DNA of 64,000 nt from Bryobacterales bacterium. Lineage in GTDB: Bacteria > Acidobacteriota > Terriglobia > Bryobacterales > Bryobacteraceae. Positions within the stretch are counted from its first letter, which is position 1; every line of letters starts with the position of its first letter. The position numbers and the translations under genes were made by a program. Where the stretch lies: NCBI GenBank assembly GCA_038200305.1, contig JBBPYD010000153.1:17018-81017 (forward strand). The letters are read 5' to 3'. The notes beneath the pieces are model-generated. The model did not search any database, was not told the DNA's origin, and saw only the letters and a program-made list of their open reading frames with translations. Shown here in pieces: positions 18,907-29,449 of this stretch.

Positions 18907-21900
18907 CTAGAAATTCACCCGCAAAGTGAACTGTACGTTTCTGGGTGCATCGATAGTGCTAGTGACTAGTCCGAAGTTTGGGCTATTCGGTCCTGTATCG
19001 GGCCGCGCGAAAATGTGCCTGTTGAAAGCGTTTAGCAATTCCCCCTTGAGTTGCACCGTGAAGAACTCTCCTACCCGGACGTTCCTGATGATGCTGAAAT
19101 CCTCGTTGTAGTACGGCTTCATACGCGCGTCACTGTTGACGCGCGGGTAATTGCCAAGCCGGTAAGCGCCGCCGTTCCGATTTACATTCGGATCCACAAA
19201 CGCCGCCCGGTTGTAATAGCGGCCGGCGAACGGATCAAAATGATCGCTCGTGACGGCGTCGCTCAGAGGAGATAGCCCAGGTACACGGTCGAAGCGAATG
19301 CAGTTATCCCACCCTGGGATACCCTGAGCGCATCCAAAGGCGTTCGGCTCGCCGCTTTGATACCGTAGCACGCCGCCGACCTGCCAACCACCGAGGACCG
19401 CGGAGGCGATATTGCCCCCATTTAAAAACCGCTTGCCTTTGCCAAACGGCAGCTCATAAAGAAAAGCCGTCGTGAAAACCAGTGGAATGTCCTGAATGCT
19501 GATGGCTTTCTCCAGGCTTAGATTCCTGGGATCTTGGATCTGCTGGGTGCCGCCATTGATGCCGGGCAGAATACTGTCGGCGTTGGTGATGTTTTTCTGC
19601 CATGCAAACGAGGCCTGGAGACTGATGCCCTGGCTGAACCGGCGTTCCAGAGTAGCCTGGAGCGCCTCATAGGTGGACTGACCTGCGTTCTGAAGCGTGT
19701 CCGTATTGATAAATTGATACTGCGGGAACGGCCGCAACGCCTGCTGAACCTGTCCCGTAGGGCTGAAGCTCGCGTAAGGAAGCCCCACTCCGGCAGTGTT
19801 GTTGTTTACTGGCTGTAGCAGTTTATCGCCCAGGCTGAAGTTAGCCGGATCGATATTATTCACGTTCTCAAGAGCGGAGCGTAGATGCGTGCCATGTGAT
19901 CCCACCCAACCGACGGTACCCACCATGCTGGAGCCAAGCTGTTTCTGAATCTGCAGACTCCAGCTTTGGATCAAGCCTGGGCGTCCATACTCAGGCTTGA
20001 TGTAGTTGGTCCCGCCCTGGCCATTGGTCTGGCTCGGATCGAAATCCGGTGGAAGCGGAACATTTGGGAAACCGTTGTCCCACTGGAAACGCGGAGTAAA
20101 TGCATCTACGCTACTCAGGTTTGGCGTCGAAATATATCCCTGTTGCTGAGCGCCGCCGAAATCCGTATATTGCATTGGAGAATAAAAGATTCCATAGCCG
20201 CCTCGAATGACAACGGAATTATTGAGCAGGCCGGGTGTCCACGCAAAGCCAAAACGGGGCGCCCACGCTTTGTAATAAGTGTCAGCCCATTTCGCATTGC
20301 ATTTGCACAAATTGCCGAAAACCAATGCACCCAGTCTTCCATTGGCCGCCGGATTGGGCTCAGCCGGACTGAAATTCGACGTGTCGTCGTGCGACTCTTT
20401 GCGGGGCACGTCCAGGTTCCAACGCAAGCCGATGTTCAACGTAAGATTCGGAAGTAACTTGAAATCGTCCTTGACATACGCGGCGAAGTAGGGCTGAGTC
20501 CAGCGAGCCACATGCCCGTTAATCCGGCGGCTGCCGCTTCCTACCTGGCCAAGTAGAAAACTCGCAATTCCATTGCCTGAATTCGATGTCAGGCTTGGAA
20601 TCGCCGCTGTTGCGGCACGGCCGAAGTTGTAAATTCCACTGTCGGTTCCGGACGCAAAGGTGGAATACAGCTGATTCCTGAAATCGACGCCGAAAGCCAG
20701 GTTGTGCTTCCCTTTTGTCCAACTCACTGAATCGTTGAAGCGCTCCCCATTATCGATATTGTCGTCGTTATTGCCGATTCCCAGCCTGGGCACCCCTTCG
20801 CCTACGTTCACGTTCGGAAATTGATGACCGACTACGCCCGTAATGTTCTGTATTCCCAACTTCGAAGCCCAGCTAAAGTTGCCGGTGGCCGCCAGAGTGA
20901 CGGCTGGAGCCAGATTGATGCTGTTTGTCCGGTTATAGCCGAGATTCAGGTGATTCAGCAGCGTGGATGAAAAAACGTAATCCCAGCCCACGCGGGCGTA
21001 GTGAGTGATGAAGTCCTGGTTCCAGCCATTGGGGTCCACCGGGTCCGGGTAGATCCGGGTATTGGTGTACCGGGCGTTCTCACGGGAGGAGTACGAAGCA
21101 AACACCTTGCTCCTGTCGGAGAAATTCTGGTCGACCCGGATTTGATATGTCGTATTAAAAAGAGGGTTCGAATCGCTGAACGTGAAGTTACTGATGGTTC
21201 CGGGGCCAGTTGGCTGCGGATAGTAACTCAGAAAGTTTTTGCTTACCGTGGAAATGCGGTTGGCTGGAATAATGTTGCCCGGGAAAGCGGTGCGGCACGG
21301 GATTCCGCCCGGTCCCGTGGTCTGGGTCGCGGGATCGAAGATCTGTCCCTGGAAAACAGGTGTGCCGTTGCAAGGATTCGTCCCGACCTGCTGGTTGGTC
21401 AGGACCTCAGAGAAGTTTCCGCCGCGCTCGGCCAGCGTGGGCACGTTCCCAATGTTCGTGCCACCCCTGTTCTCCTGATACTGCTCCCAGTTGAAAAAGA
21501 AGAATGTTTTATCTTTGCCGTTATAAAGTTTGGGAATCCAGACGGGACCTCCCAGGTTTACTCCATAATCGTTCTTCTTATCTTTCGGCCGCAGGTTGCG
21601 GGACTGACAAGGCCCGTCGCCAGGGGCGCATTGAGCGAGCCGCGCATTGTTGAACCAGGTATTCGCGTCCAGGGCATCGTTCCGGAAAATATCGTAAACC
21701 GTTCCATGATACCGGTTGCCGCCATTTTTGATAGTGAAGCTCTCGATGCCGCCGGTGGTGCGGTCGTATTCGGTGGGGAGAGTCGAAGTAATCACCCGGA
21801 ACTCCTGGATCGCTTCCACGGAAGGCGCGGCCTCGTCGAATGACGATCCATTTTCTGTCCTGAGGATACTGGCGCCGTCCAGCAGAATCTCGTTTCCAAA

Positions 21901-22476
21901 GTTCTGTCCGCCGCCAATCTTGGAAATGAAAATCCCGTTGTTGCTATTGCCGGTACCGGGTCCTGTCGCCCCTGGAGTGAGGAACACGAATGCCTCGGGC
22001 GATCGCATGGCGCCTACGCCGCCGAGCGCCAACGGCAACTCGATCACCTGATGAGTGTCGACGGTGGTTCCGACATCGGAACTCTCCGACTGAATCGAGG
22101 TGCCTTCCGCCGAAACGGTCAGCGATTGGGTGACGTCGCCGACCTTCAGAGTGAAGTTGACGGCAGTGGTGGAGCTGACCTGAACGTCCACCCCGGTTTG
22201 CTTGGAACCGCTGAAGCCTGGAGCCGAAGCGCTTACGTCATATTTTCCGATCAGCAGGGAGGGAAAACGGAAAGAACCCGCGGCGACAGTGGTAGTCGAA
22301 ACCTGACCCGTTGCCGAATTTGTTGCGGTCACGGTTGCCCCGTCCACCGCCGCGCCGGTGGGGTCCAGTACGCTTCCGGCTATGACACCGTTATTGGTTT
22401 GGGCCAGAAGAGAAATCGAGACTAAATTCAATGCCAGGACATTCAAACCGGCCAGAATCGCTAGTGTTCTTGCCAT
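18907..22476 (-). CDS. TonB-dependent receptor with N-terminal carboxypeptidase-regulatory-like domain
   Basis: 1189 aa. Signal peptide, then GVIAGSVLDPTGAAVDGATVTATNSATG...GSFRFPSLLIGKYDVSASAPGF (CarboxypepD_reg). Plug and barrel follow, ending in the aromatic terminal FTLRVNF. Confidence 0.9.
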   Translation of the reverse strand: MARTLAILAGLNVLALNLVSISLLAQTNNGVIAGSVLDPTGAAVDGATVTATNSATGQVSTTTVAAGSFRFPSLLIGKYDVSASAPGFSGSKQTGVDVQVSSTTAVNFTLKVGDVTQSLTVSAEGTSIQSESSDVGTTVDTHQVIELPLALGGVGAMRSPEAFVFLTPGATGPGTGNSNNGIFISKIGGGQNFGNEILLDGASILRTENGSSFDEAAPSVEAIQEFRVITSTLPTEYDRTTGGIESFTIKNGGNRYHGTVYDIFRNDALDANTWFNNARLAQCAPGDGPCQSRNLRPKDKKNDYGVNLGGPVWIPKLYNGKDKTFFFFNWEQYQENRGGTNIGNVPTLAERGGNFSEVLTNQQVGTNPCNGTPVFQGQIFDPATQTTGPGGIPCRTAFPGNIIPANRISTVSKNFLSYYPQPTGPGTISNFTFSDSNPLFNTTYQIRVDQNFSDRSKVFASYSSRENARYTNTRIYPDPVDPNGWNQDFITHYARVGWDYVFSSTLLNHLNLGYNRTNSINLAPAVTLAATGNFSWASKLGIQNITGVVGHQFPNVNVGEGVPRLGIGNNDDNIDNGERFNDSVSWTKGKHNLAFGVDFRNQLYSTFASGTDSGIYNFGRAATAAIPSLTSNSGNGIASFLLGQVGSGSRRINGHVARWTQPYFAAYVKDDFKLLPNLTLNIGLRWNLDVPRKESHDDTSNFSPAEPNPAANGRLGALVFGNLCKCNAKWADTYYKAWAPRFGFAWTPGLLNNSVVIRGGYGIFYSPMQYTDFGGAQQQGYISTPNLSSVDAFTPRFQWDNGFPNVPLPPDFDPSQTNGQGGTNYIKPEYGRPGLIQSWSLQIQKQLGSSMVGTVGWVGSHGTHLRSALENVNNIDPANFSLGDKLLQPVNNNTAGVGLPYASFSPTGQVQQALRPFPQYQFINTDTLQNAGQSTYEALQATLERRFSQGISLQASFAWQKNITNADSILPGINGGTQQIQDPRNLSLEKAISIQDIPLVFTTAFLYELPFGKGKRFLNGGNIASAVLGGWQVGGVLRYQSGEPNAFGCAQGIPGWDNCIRFDRVPGLSPLSDAVTSDHFDPFAGRYYNRAAFVDPNVNRNGGAYRLGNYPRVNSDARMKPYYNEDFSIIRNVRVGEFFTVQLKGELLNAFNRHIFARPDTGPNSPNFGLVTSTIDAPRNVQFTLRVNF

Positions 22477-22548
22477 CGTTAAGCTCCTTGCTGCAACATA
22501 CCCTTGTATATCTTATTCCTGTTGCTGTCAATCCTATTGCTCTGCCGT

Positions 22549-24240
22549 TTATTTCTTTTGAGGTTCTAGTATTGTGAGGATCTGGTTCGCTGGGCTATTT
22601 TCGAGCCGCTGCACGATTCCGCTCGGCCATGTTACTTCTATCAGAGCGGCGCTGGCGCTGGCGCCAAGCCCGAAGTGGACCCGCTTGTCGCTGCTTGACA
22701 GGTAACTGCCGGCCGTCCCCACCATTGCGTACTGATGCAGTCCCAATGCTGTCACCAAATGCACACGGGCGCCGATTCCATCCCGGTTGCTGACGCTGCC
22801 TATGGTGTTGATTGTCAGCCAGCGATTCGCGTTCCCCCGGTTCTGCAGGATCAGGGCATGGCCATCGTTGCAGTTGATCGCAATGTCGATAAAGCCGTCG
22901 TTGTTCAGATCCCCGAACGCGGCGCCGCGCGCGGCAAGCGGTACACGGAATGGCGCGCCAGATTGCCCGGAAACATCTTGAAACCGCCCTTTCGTGTTGC
23001 GCATCAGCAGCAACGGTTCCCGGTACCGGAGCGACGGTTGCGTCTGTTCGATGTTGTCCATCACATGGCCTTGGGCGACGAAGAGATCCTTCCAGCCGTC
23101 GTTATCATAATCGATGAATTGTGTGCCCCAGCCGGAGTGAAGCGCAGTAATAGCGCCGACGCCGCTCGAATTGGTTACATAGTCCATAAAGTCCGCGTTA
23201 TTTTTGTAGAGCGCGTACCTCTGATTCGAAAGATTGTCGATGAATATGTCGGGGCGTCCGTCGTTATCGTAATCTTCGAAGCTCAGGCCCATGCCCGAAT
23301 ACGTTTTTCCGTCCTCGTCGTAGGCGAGGCCGGTCCGCGCGCCAATATCGGTGAAGGTGCCGTCCCGATTATTGCGAAAGAGCTGTTGGGGTCTGGCGTC
23401 ATTGGCGATCAGGATATCGGGCCATCCGTCCAGATCTACATCGTTGAACGCGATTCCGAGTCCGTTTCCGGCTAGTTTTGAGAGGCCGGCTTTCGCGGTC
23501 ACGTCGGTGAATGTGCCATCTCCGTTGTTGTGATAAAGGATGGGGGCGGCGGGCTTGAAAACGTCTGGATGACAGTAGGCGCGGAAGTTTTTCGATGGAT
23601 CGCCGCACCAGGGGTTCTTGTGGAGGTCCCATTCGAGATAGCGGGAGACGATCAGGTCGAGCTTGCCGTCGCGATCGTAATCGACAAAGCATGCGCCAGC
23701 CGACCATCCACCGGCAGCGACGCCGGCCCGCTCCGTCACGTCCGTGAATGTGCCGTCTCCATTGTTGTGATAGAGGATATTGCGGCCGTAATTCGTCACA
23801 TAGATATCCTGGCGGCCGTCGTTGTCGTAATCCCCGGTGACGACACCCATGCCGTAGGAATGTCCGCGAACGCCGGCCTTTTCCGTGACATCGAGAAACG
23901 TGCCGTCGCCGTTGTTGCGATACAGACGGTTCCAGTAGCGCGGGTCGGATTTATCGGGCATCTTGCCCTCTGGCATCGGGTCCTGAAGCGCAGCCCCATT
24001 GACGAAGAAGAGGTCGAGATTCCCATTGCCAGTGGAGTCGAACATCGCAACCCCGCCCACCATGCTCTCGATCAGATATTTTTGCGATGTATGCGATGCC
24101 GAACAGTGGAAGCCGACGCCGGATTGCGCGGTAACATCGACGAACATAGGTAAGACAGAAGTAGTTCCGGCAGTCTGAGCGGCCGTGCCCGGGAGGATGC
24201 CGTAACCCAGCATCGCGGTCAGGAATCTGCGGCGATCCAT
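22549..24240 (-). CDS. CRTAC1-family protein (FG-GAP/VCBS repeats + ASPIC/UnbV C-terminal domain)
   Basis: Tat-like start MDRRRFLTAML. Repeated NNGDGTFTDVT...DYDNDG units. C-terminal NRDGIGARV...SSSD..VHFGLG is the ASPIC/UnbV signature. Confidence 0.85.
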   Translation of the reverse strand: MDRRRFLTAMLGYGILPGTAAQTAGTTSVLPMFVDVTAQSGVGFHCSASHTSQKYLIESMVGGVAMFDSTGNGNLDLFFVNGAALQDPMPEGKMPDKSDPRYWNRLYRNNGDGTFLDVTEKAGVRGHSYGMGVVTGDYDNDGRQDIYVTNYGRNILYHNNGDGTFTDVTERAGVAAGGWSAGACFVDYDRDGKLDLIVSRYLEWDLHKNPWCGDPSKNFRAYCHPDVFKPAAPILYHNNGDGTFTDVTAKAGLSKLAGNGLGIAFNDVDLDGWPDILIANDARPQQLFRNNRDGTFTDIGARTGLAYDEDGKTYSGMGLSFEDYDNDGRPDIFIDNLSNQRYALYKNNADFMDYVTNSSGVGAITALHSGWGTQFIDYDNDGWKDLFVAQGHVMDNIEQTQPSLRYREPLLLMRNTKGRFQDVSGQSGAPFRVPLAARGAAFGDLNNDGFIDIAINCNDGHALILQNRGNANRWLTINTIGSVSNRDGIGARVHLVTALGLHQYAMVGTAGSYLSSSDKRVHFGLGASASAALIEVTWPSGIVQRLENSPANQILTILEPQKK

Positions 24241-24315
24241 ATAATTGAACCGTATCAGATTCGTTAGCACCCGTTACTGCCGCCGTGAAACAATAGTGCC
24301 GTCCGGTACGAGGAT

Positions 24316-26313
24316 ATGAACATGAAAAACATCTTGCTCGCCTGCACTCTGACGATCTCTCTTTCCGCCCAGACGGCCATCGATATCGATGCCGCAAAGC
24401 CGGCCTCATACAAGATCCCGCGTACCATCTACGGGACGTTCCTTGAGCCAATCGGAAACTCTACATACAACGGTCTGTGGGCGGAGATTCTGGAAAACCC
24501 CAGCTTCGAGGAGAATCTCTGGAGCGCCGCGGGCGTCCGGCGCATGACGGAAGCCGAGCCATCGCTGATCCGCTCTTCGCAGATGGGTCTTCCACTGCCT
24601 TGGGAGCCGCTCGATTACACTCAAGGCGCGCGCTACGAACCGCGTTGGAACGATGCGGCGAACTCTGAGCGATCGCTGTTGTTGATGGCGCTTCCCGGGA
24701 AGCAGACAGGCGTGCGGCAGCGCGTTTATCTCCCCACATACCGCACGCTGAATTATACGGGGAGCCTGTACGCAAAGCACGTAAGCGGACCCGCGGACGC
24801 GGAGGTCTCTCTGCGCGGCCGGAACCATCCGGAAAGAGTTTTCGCGCGCCAACAGATCCGCCTCACTGGACCGGCCTGGAAGCGTTATGAATTCAAGCTC
24901 GACGTGCCGGCCGGGCAACTTGCGCCGCTTGAGCCTGCGGATTTCGTGATTGCGCTTTCCGATGAAGGTCGAGCTTTGATCGATCAGGCGGCGCTGATAC
25001 CGGCGGATAACGTGGATGGGATGGACCGCGAGATGGTGGACCTGTCGCGCGATTTGAAAACGCCCATCGTTCGTTTCGGCGGAAACTTCACTTCCGCTTA
25101 CCACTGGCGCGATGGCATCGGCCCGCGCGAAAAGCGCGTCAGCATGCTCAACATCGCATGGGGCATCCCGGAGTACAACACCTTCGGCACGGATGAGTTT
25201 CTCCGTTTTTGCCAACTGATCGGCGCGCAACCGCAAGTCGCCCTGAATCTTGGCACGGGATCGCCAGAGGAAGCCGCCGAGTGGGTGCGGTACATCAATT
25301 CTCACTGGGGCGATAAGTCCGGCGGGCTGCTGTGGGAATTGGGCAACGAGTTATGGGGCGATTTCCAGGTTGGCTATCCCACGCTGTCCAGGGTAGCGGC
25401 GCGAACCAAGGAATTCGCCAACGCCATTCATGGCGTCGACCGGCGCGCGAGACTGATCGCCACTGGAGCGGACCCCGACCATTTCCGCGAGTGGAACGCG
25501 GCGCAACTGGCGAACGCGGCGGATTTCGATTTTCTGTCAACGCACTTCGTCGTGCGCGATGATGCTGTGCGGCGCAAAGATCCTTCACCGGAGTTTCTAG
25601 CGCAGTCTTCTCTGGCTTTGCCGGTTGAACTAGAGCGGCGTTTGCGGGACATGAACGCCCAGATTGAAGCCGATCCGCACGCCAAAGGCCGTGTAAAAAT
25701 TGCCTTCACGGAATGGCTCTTCCACGGGCAGCCGGACCGTGTGCCGCGGTTTGATAATCTGGGCGGCGCCCTCTGCACCGCGGGCTTTCTGAATACATTG
25801 ATGCGAACGGCCGATTTCACGCGGGTCTCCGACATGACGGGGCTCATCGAATTCGGCGGCATCTGGAAGAAACGCGGAAGGGTCTATGCCGTTCCCGCTT
25901 ACTGGGCGTTCCGCATGTATTCGAACGCGGATGCCGTCACCCCCGTGGAAACTCGCACGGCTGTCGAGACGTACGATATTCACGAGGGCAACAACCGGCT
26001 GCCGGAGATCGAGAGAGTGCCATATCTGGATGTTGTTTCCGCCTTGAACCAAGGCGGCGATAAGCTGACGCTGTTCTGCGTGAATCGCCATTTGAACCGG
26101 GATCTCGCGTCGCAAATCCGCGTGGCTGGATTCGCGCCGGACCGCAGCGCGCGCATTCAGACGCTCTCTGGAAACAGTCTCTACCAGGCAAACGATGAGA
26201 TGCGGCCGGAGGCGGTTCATCCCGTCGAAAGTGCCATGGATGTCTCAGGGCCGCAGTTTACGTACACCTTCCCGCATGCCAGCGTGACCGTGATTGAGCT
26301 GAAGAAGAAATAG
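24316..26313 (+). CDS. alpha-L-arabinofuranosidase (GH51-like)
   Basis: 665 aa. Signal peptide. GGNFTSAYHWRDGIGP, the catalytic-region WELGNELWGDFQVGY, and a C-terminal beta-sandwich region. Confidence 0.8.
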   Translation: MNMKNILLACTLTISLSAQTAIDIDAAKPASYKIPRTIYGTFLEPIGNSTYNGLWAEILENPSFEENLWSAAGVRRMTEAEPSLIRSSQMGLPLPWEPLDYTQGARYEPRWNDAANSERSLLLMALPGKQTGVRQRVYLPTYRTLNYTGSLYAKHVSGPADAEVSLRGRNHPERVFARQQIRLTGPAWKRYEFKLDVPAGQLAPLEPADFVIALSDEGRALIDQAALIPADNVDGMDREMVDLSRDLKTPIVRFGGNFTSAYHWRDGIGPREKRVSMLNIAWGIPEYNTFGTDEFLRFCQLIGAQPQVALNLGTGSPEEAAEWVRYINSHWGDKSGGLLWELGNELWGDFQVGYPTLSRVAARTKEFANAIHGVDRRARLIATGADPDHFREWNAAQLANAADFDFLSTHFVVRDDAVRRKDPSPEFLAQSSLALPVELERRLRDMNAQIEADPHAKGRVKIAFTEWLFHGQPDRVPRFDNLGGALCTAGFLNTLMRTADFTRVSDMTGLIEFGGIWKKRGRVYAVPAYWAFRMYSNADAVTPVETRTAVETYDIHEGNNRLPEIERVPYLDVVSALNQGGDKLTLFCVNRHLNRDLASQIRVAGFAPDRSARIQTLSGNSLYQANDEMRPEAVHPVESAMDVSGPQFTYTFPHASVTVIELKKK

Positions 26314-26415
26314 GGGAGTTCACTTCGACGGGATGGGCGTTAGGCGGCCAACTGGAGTTGATAACAGGTTGCAGGAATCTGACAGCTTTCCTGCTATTAA
26401 ACGCGTGCGCGTCAT

Positions 26416-27912
26416 CTACGAAATGTCCGGGTGCTTCTTGCCGAAGCCAGTCGCCTGTTCGAACGCCTGCGCCATTTGCAGGACACTGAAGTCTTCGTTG
26501 TTGCGGCCGACTATCTGGACGCCAACCGGGAGTCCTTCAGGCGTGAAGCCCCCCGGTACCGAGGCCGCTGGATTGCCCGTTGCCGAGATATACCAGCAGG
26601 ACTTCATCCAGTCGATGTAGTTATTAAGCTTTACGCCCGCGATCTCCGTTGGATATGGCGTGTTAACGTCGAATGGCGGCAACTGCGTGGTTGGGAGAAC
26701 GAAGTACTCGTAGTTTTCGAGGAATGCCTGAAAACGCCGCCAGAACTGGCTGTGGGCGGTCTCTGCGCGTGCGATGTCCACACCGGTCAATCGCAATCCT
26801 TCCTCGATCTCGCCCTTCAGTGTGTCCTTGAAAGCGTTTGGGTGCTCACGCAGCCGTACGCTGTAGGTATTCGCCGAATTCCATGCGCGCAGCACGCGAA
26901 ACGCGATTTCGGCAGGAGCGAAGTCCGGCTCCGCTTGCTCGACGATGCACCCCAGGGATTCAAATGTTTTGCGATGCCCATCCACAATGGTGCGCACACG
27001 CGAGTCGAAGGGCACGCCGCCCAGGTTCTTGAACCAGGCCACCCGCACACCTTTGAAGCCGCGGTCCAATTGGCGCGCGAAGCGTTCCCCCGGTTCGTTG
27101 ATGGAGAGCGGCGCGCGGGAATCGGGTCCTGCGATGGTGCTGAGCACGAGAGCGAGGTCGGCCACTGAGCGTCCGAGGCATCCGGAGGTACTGAGCGTAA
27201 ACCAACCGAACGCGGCTTTGGGATTCGGCACGCGGCCGATCGAAGGGCGGAAACCAACCACGTTGCAGAATGCGGCCGGATTGCGAAGGGAGCCGCCGGT
27301 GTCGGAGCCATCGGCCACGGGCACGAGTCCGCAGGCTAAAGCGACGGCTGCGCCGCCGGAAGAGCCGCCGCAAGTCTTGGTCAGGTCGTAGGGGTTGTGG
27401 GTCGCACCGAAGACGGTGTTGAAGGTCTGCGATCCCGAGCCGAATTCTGGTGTGTTGGTCTTGCCGATGGTAATTGCGCCGGCACGGCGGAGCCGTTCGA
27501 CAATCAGATCGTTTTCGGTGGGGATGTTGTCTTTGTAGAGCGGCGATCCAAAAGTGGTGCGGATGCCGCGGGTTTCCACCAGGTCTTTGTGCGCGACCGG
27601 CAGACCATGCAACGGCCCCAACTTCTCTTTGCGGGCCTGCATCTCATCGGCCTTTGCGGCGGCCTCGGCGGCCATTTCCGGCACCAGAGTTACGATGGCA
27701 TTGACCTTCGGGTTTACACGCTCGATCTGCTTCAGGTGCGCGGCCAGCGCTTCGCGTGCCGACAGCTTCCTCGTGCGAATCAGCCGCGCCATCTCGACCG
27801 TGCTCGTGAAACAGAGGGAGGAAACGGCTTGAGCATCCAGAGCGCTTGTGAAGAGAGGTGCGGCAGCCAGCCCCCGTAAGGCTTCACGGCGGGTTGGACG
27901 GTTCTCGCTCAT
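26416..27912 (-). CDS. amidase (amidase-signature family) with Tat-like signal
   Basis: 498 aa. GGSSGGAAVALA amidase signature. N-terminal RREALRGLAAAPL. Confidence 0.9.
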   Translation of the reverse strand: MSENRPTRREALRGLAAAPLFTSALDAQAVSSLCFTSTVEMARLIRTRKLSAREALAAHLKQIERVNPKVNAIVTLVPEMAAEAAAKADEMQARKEKLGPLHGLPVAHKDLVETRGIRTTFGSPLYKDNIPTENDLIVERLRRAGAITIGKTNTPEFGSGSQTFNTVFGATHNPYDLTKTCGGSSGGAAVALACGLVPVADGSDTGGSLRNPAAFCNVVGFRPSIGRVPNPKAAFGWFTLSTSGCLGRSVADLALVLSTIAGPDSRAPLSINEPGERFARQLDRGFKGVRVAWFKNLGGVPFDSRVRTIVDGHRKTFESLGCIVEQAEPDFAPAEIAFRVLRAWNSANTYSVRLREHPNAFKDTLKGEIEEGLRLTGVDIARAETAHSQFWRRFQAFLENYEYFVLPTTQLPPFDVNTPYPTEIAGVKLNNYIDWMKSCWYISATGNPAASVPGGFTPEGLPVGVQIVGRNNEDFSVLQMAQAFEQATGFGKKHPDIS

Positions 27913-28027
27913 GGGTGTGAGTCTATCACGCGATGGATATTTGTTTCAGCCACCCCCGCCTTGTTTGCCGTGCGTTATTCTGGTGTGTATACAGGACATC
28001 GCGGCACTTTCTTCCAACTTTTCTCCC

Positions 28028-29449
28028 ATGGACACTCCGTCCACACTCACAGGGCCGGCAGAGCCGTCCACATTCTGGTCTTCAGTTCTCGATTCGCTGC
28101 GCGGAAAACAACACGACTACACCAAAGGCAGCATTGGACGCGCCATTCTACTGCTATCCGTTCCCATGGTTTTGGAAATGGCCATGGAATCGCTTTTCGG
28201 ACTCGTGGACGTCTTCTTTGTGGCGCACCTTGGCTCGGACGCGACAGCGACGGTGGGCCTAACGGAGTCGATCTTCACACTCATCTTCGCTGCCGCGCTT
28301 GGCCTGGGAATCGCCACTACGGCGACCGTTGCGCGGAGAATTGGAGAGAAAAACCCCGAAGGCGCTGAAGTGGCGGCGGTACAATCCATCGCGCTTGGCG
28401 TGATTGTTTCCATCTTCTTCGGAGCCATCGGCATCTTATGGGGGCCAGATCTCCTTCATTTGATGGGAGCCAGCCCGGCCATCGTTGCAACTGGTTCCAC
28501 GTATACGCGAATCATGTTGGGAGGCAGCGGGACCGTCTTCCTGCTCTTTCTGATCAATGCGATTTTCCGAGGTGCCGGCGACCCTGCGATTGCAATGCGT
28601 GTGCTCTGGATCGCGAACGCCATCAACATCGTGCTCGATCCGTGTCTGATTCTGGGGCTGGGGCCATTTCCCGAGCTCGGTGTAACCGGCGCAGCCGTCT
28701 CGACGACAATCGGCCGCTCCATGGGAGTGCTTCTCCAACTCTGGTATCTGTTCAGCGCCAGGAGCCGCGTGACCATTCGCCGCAGGCAGCTTGTTCTGGA
28801 TGCCGATGTGATGAGACGGCTGATGCGCCTGGCAATAAGCGGAATGCTGCAGTACGCGGTGGCAACGGCGAGTTGGCTTGCGCTGGTCCGGCTGGTGGCG
28901 CGCTTCGGATCGAACGCGCTTGCCGGATACACCATCGCCATCCGGATCATTATCTTCGCCATACTCCCCTCATGGGGGATGAGCAATGCGGCCGCAACTC
29001 TGGTGGGACAGAACCTAGGCGCGCGGCGGCCTGACCGGGCGGAACAAGCCGTGTGGCGGACTGGACTGTACAATATGATTTTCCTGGGCAGTGTCGCGAT
29101 TGTGTTTGTCACCTTCGCCCGGCCCATTGTGGGTAATTTCACGAATGATCCCGCCGTGCAGGAATTTGGCGTTGAGTGTTTGCGATTCGTCAGTTACTGC
29201 TTCGTCTTCTATGCGTGGGGCATGGTGATGGTGCAAGCGTTCAACGGCGCTGGCGACACATTCACGCCGACGATGATAAACCTCTGCTGTTATTGGCTGT
29301 GGCAAATTCCGCTGGCGTATACGCTTTCCACCAACACCTCAATGGGGGTGCGTGGCATATTTCTGGCCATCGCGATTTCCGAAGCCACCCTGGCCGTGGC
29401 TGCCATACTCGCATTCCGGCGCGGGCGATGGAAGAATCGGAAAGTATGA
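28028..29449 (+). CDS. MATE family efflux transporter
   Basis: Start moved to ATG 28028 (MDTPSTL...) because the longer ORF overlaps the amidase start. 12-TM pattern with LSVPMVLEMAMESLFGLVDVFFVAHLG, typical of the MATE N-terminus. Confidence 0.85.
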   Translation: MDTPSTLTGPAEPSTFWSSVLDSLRGKQHDYTKGSIGRAILLLSVPMVLEMAMESLFGLVDVFFVAHLGSDATATVGLTESIFTLIFAAALGLGIATTATVARRIGEKNPEGAEVAAVQSIALGVIVSIFFGAIGILWGPDLLHLMGASPAIVATGSTYTRIMLGGSGTVFLLFLINAIFRGAGDPAIAMRVLWIANAINIVLDPCLILGLGPFPELGVTGAAVSTTIGRSMGVLLQLWYLFSARSRVTIRRRQLVLDADVMRRLMRLAISGMLQYAVATASWLALVRLVARFGSNALAGYTIAIRIIIFAILPSWGMSNAAATLVGQNLGARRPDRAEQAVWRTGLYNMIFLGSVAIVFVTFARPIVGNFTNDPAVQEFGVECLRFVSYCFVFYAWGMVMVQAFNGAGDTFTPTMINLCCYWLWQIPLAYTLSTNTSMGVRGIFLAIAISEATLAVAAILAFRRGRWKNRKV

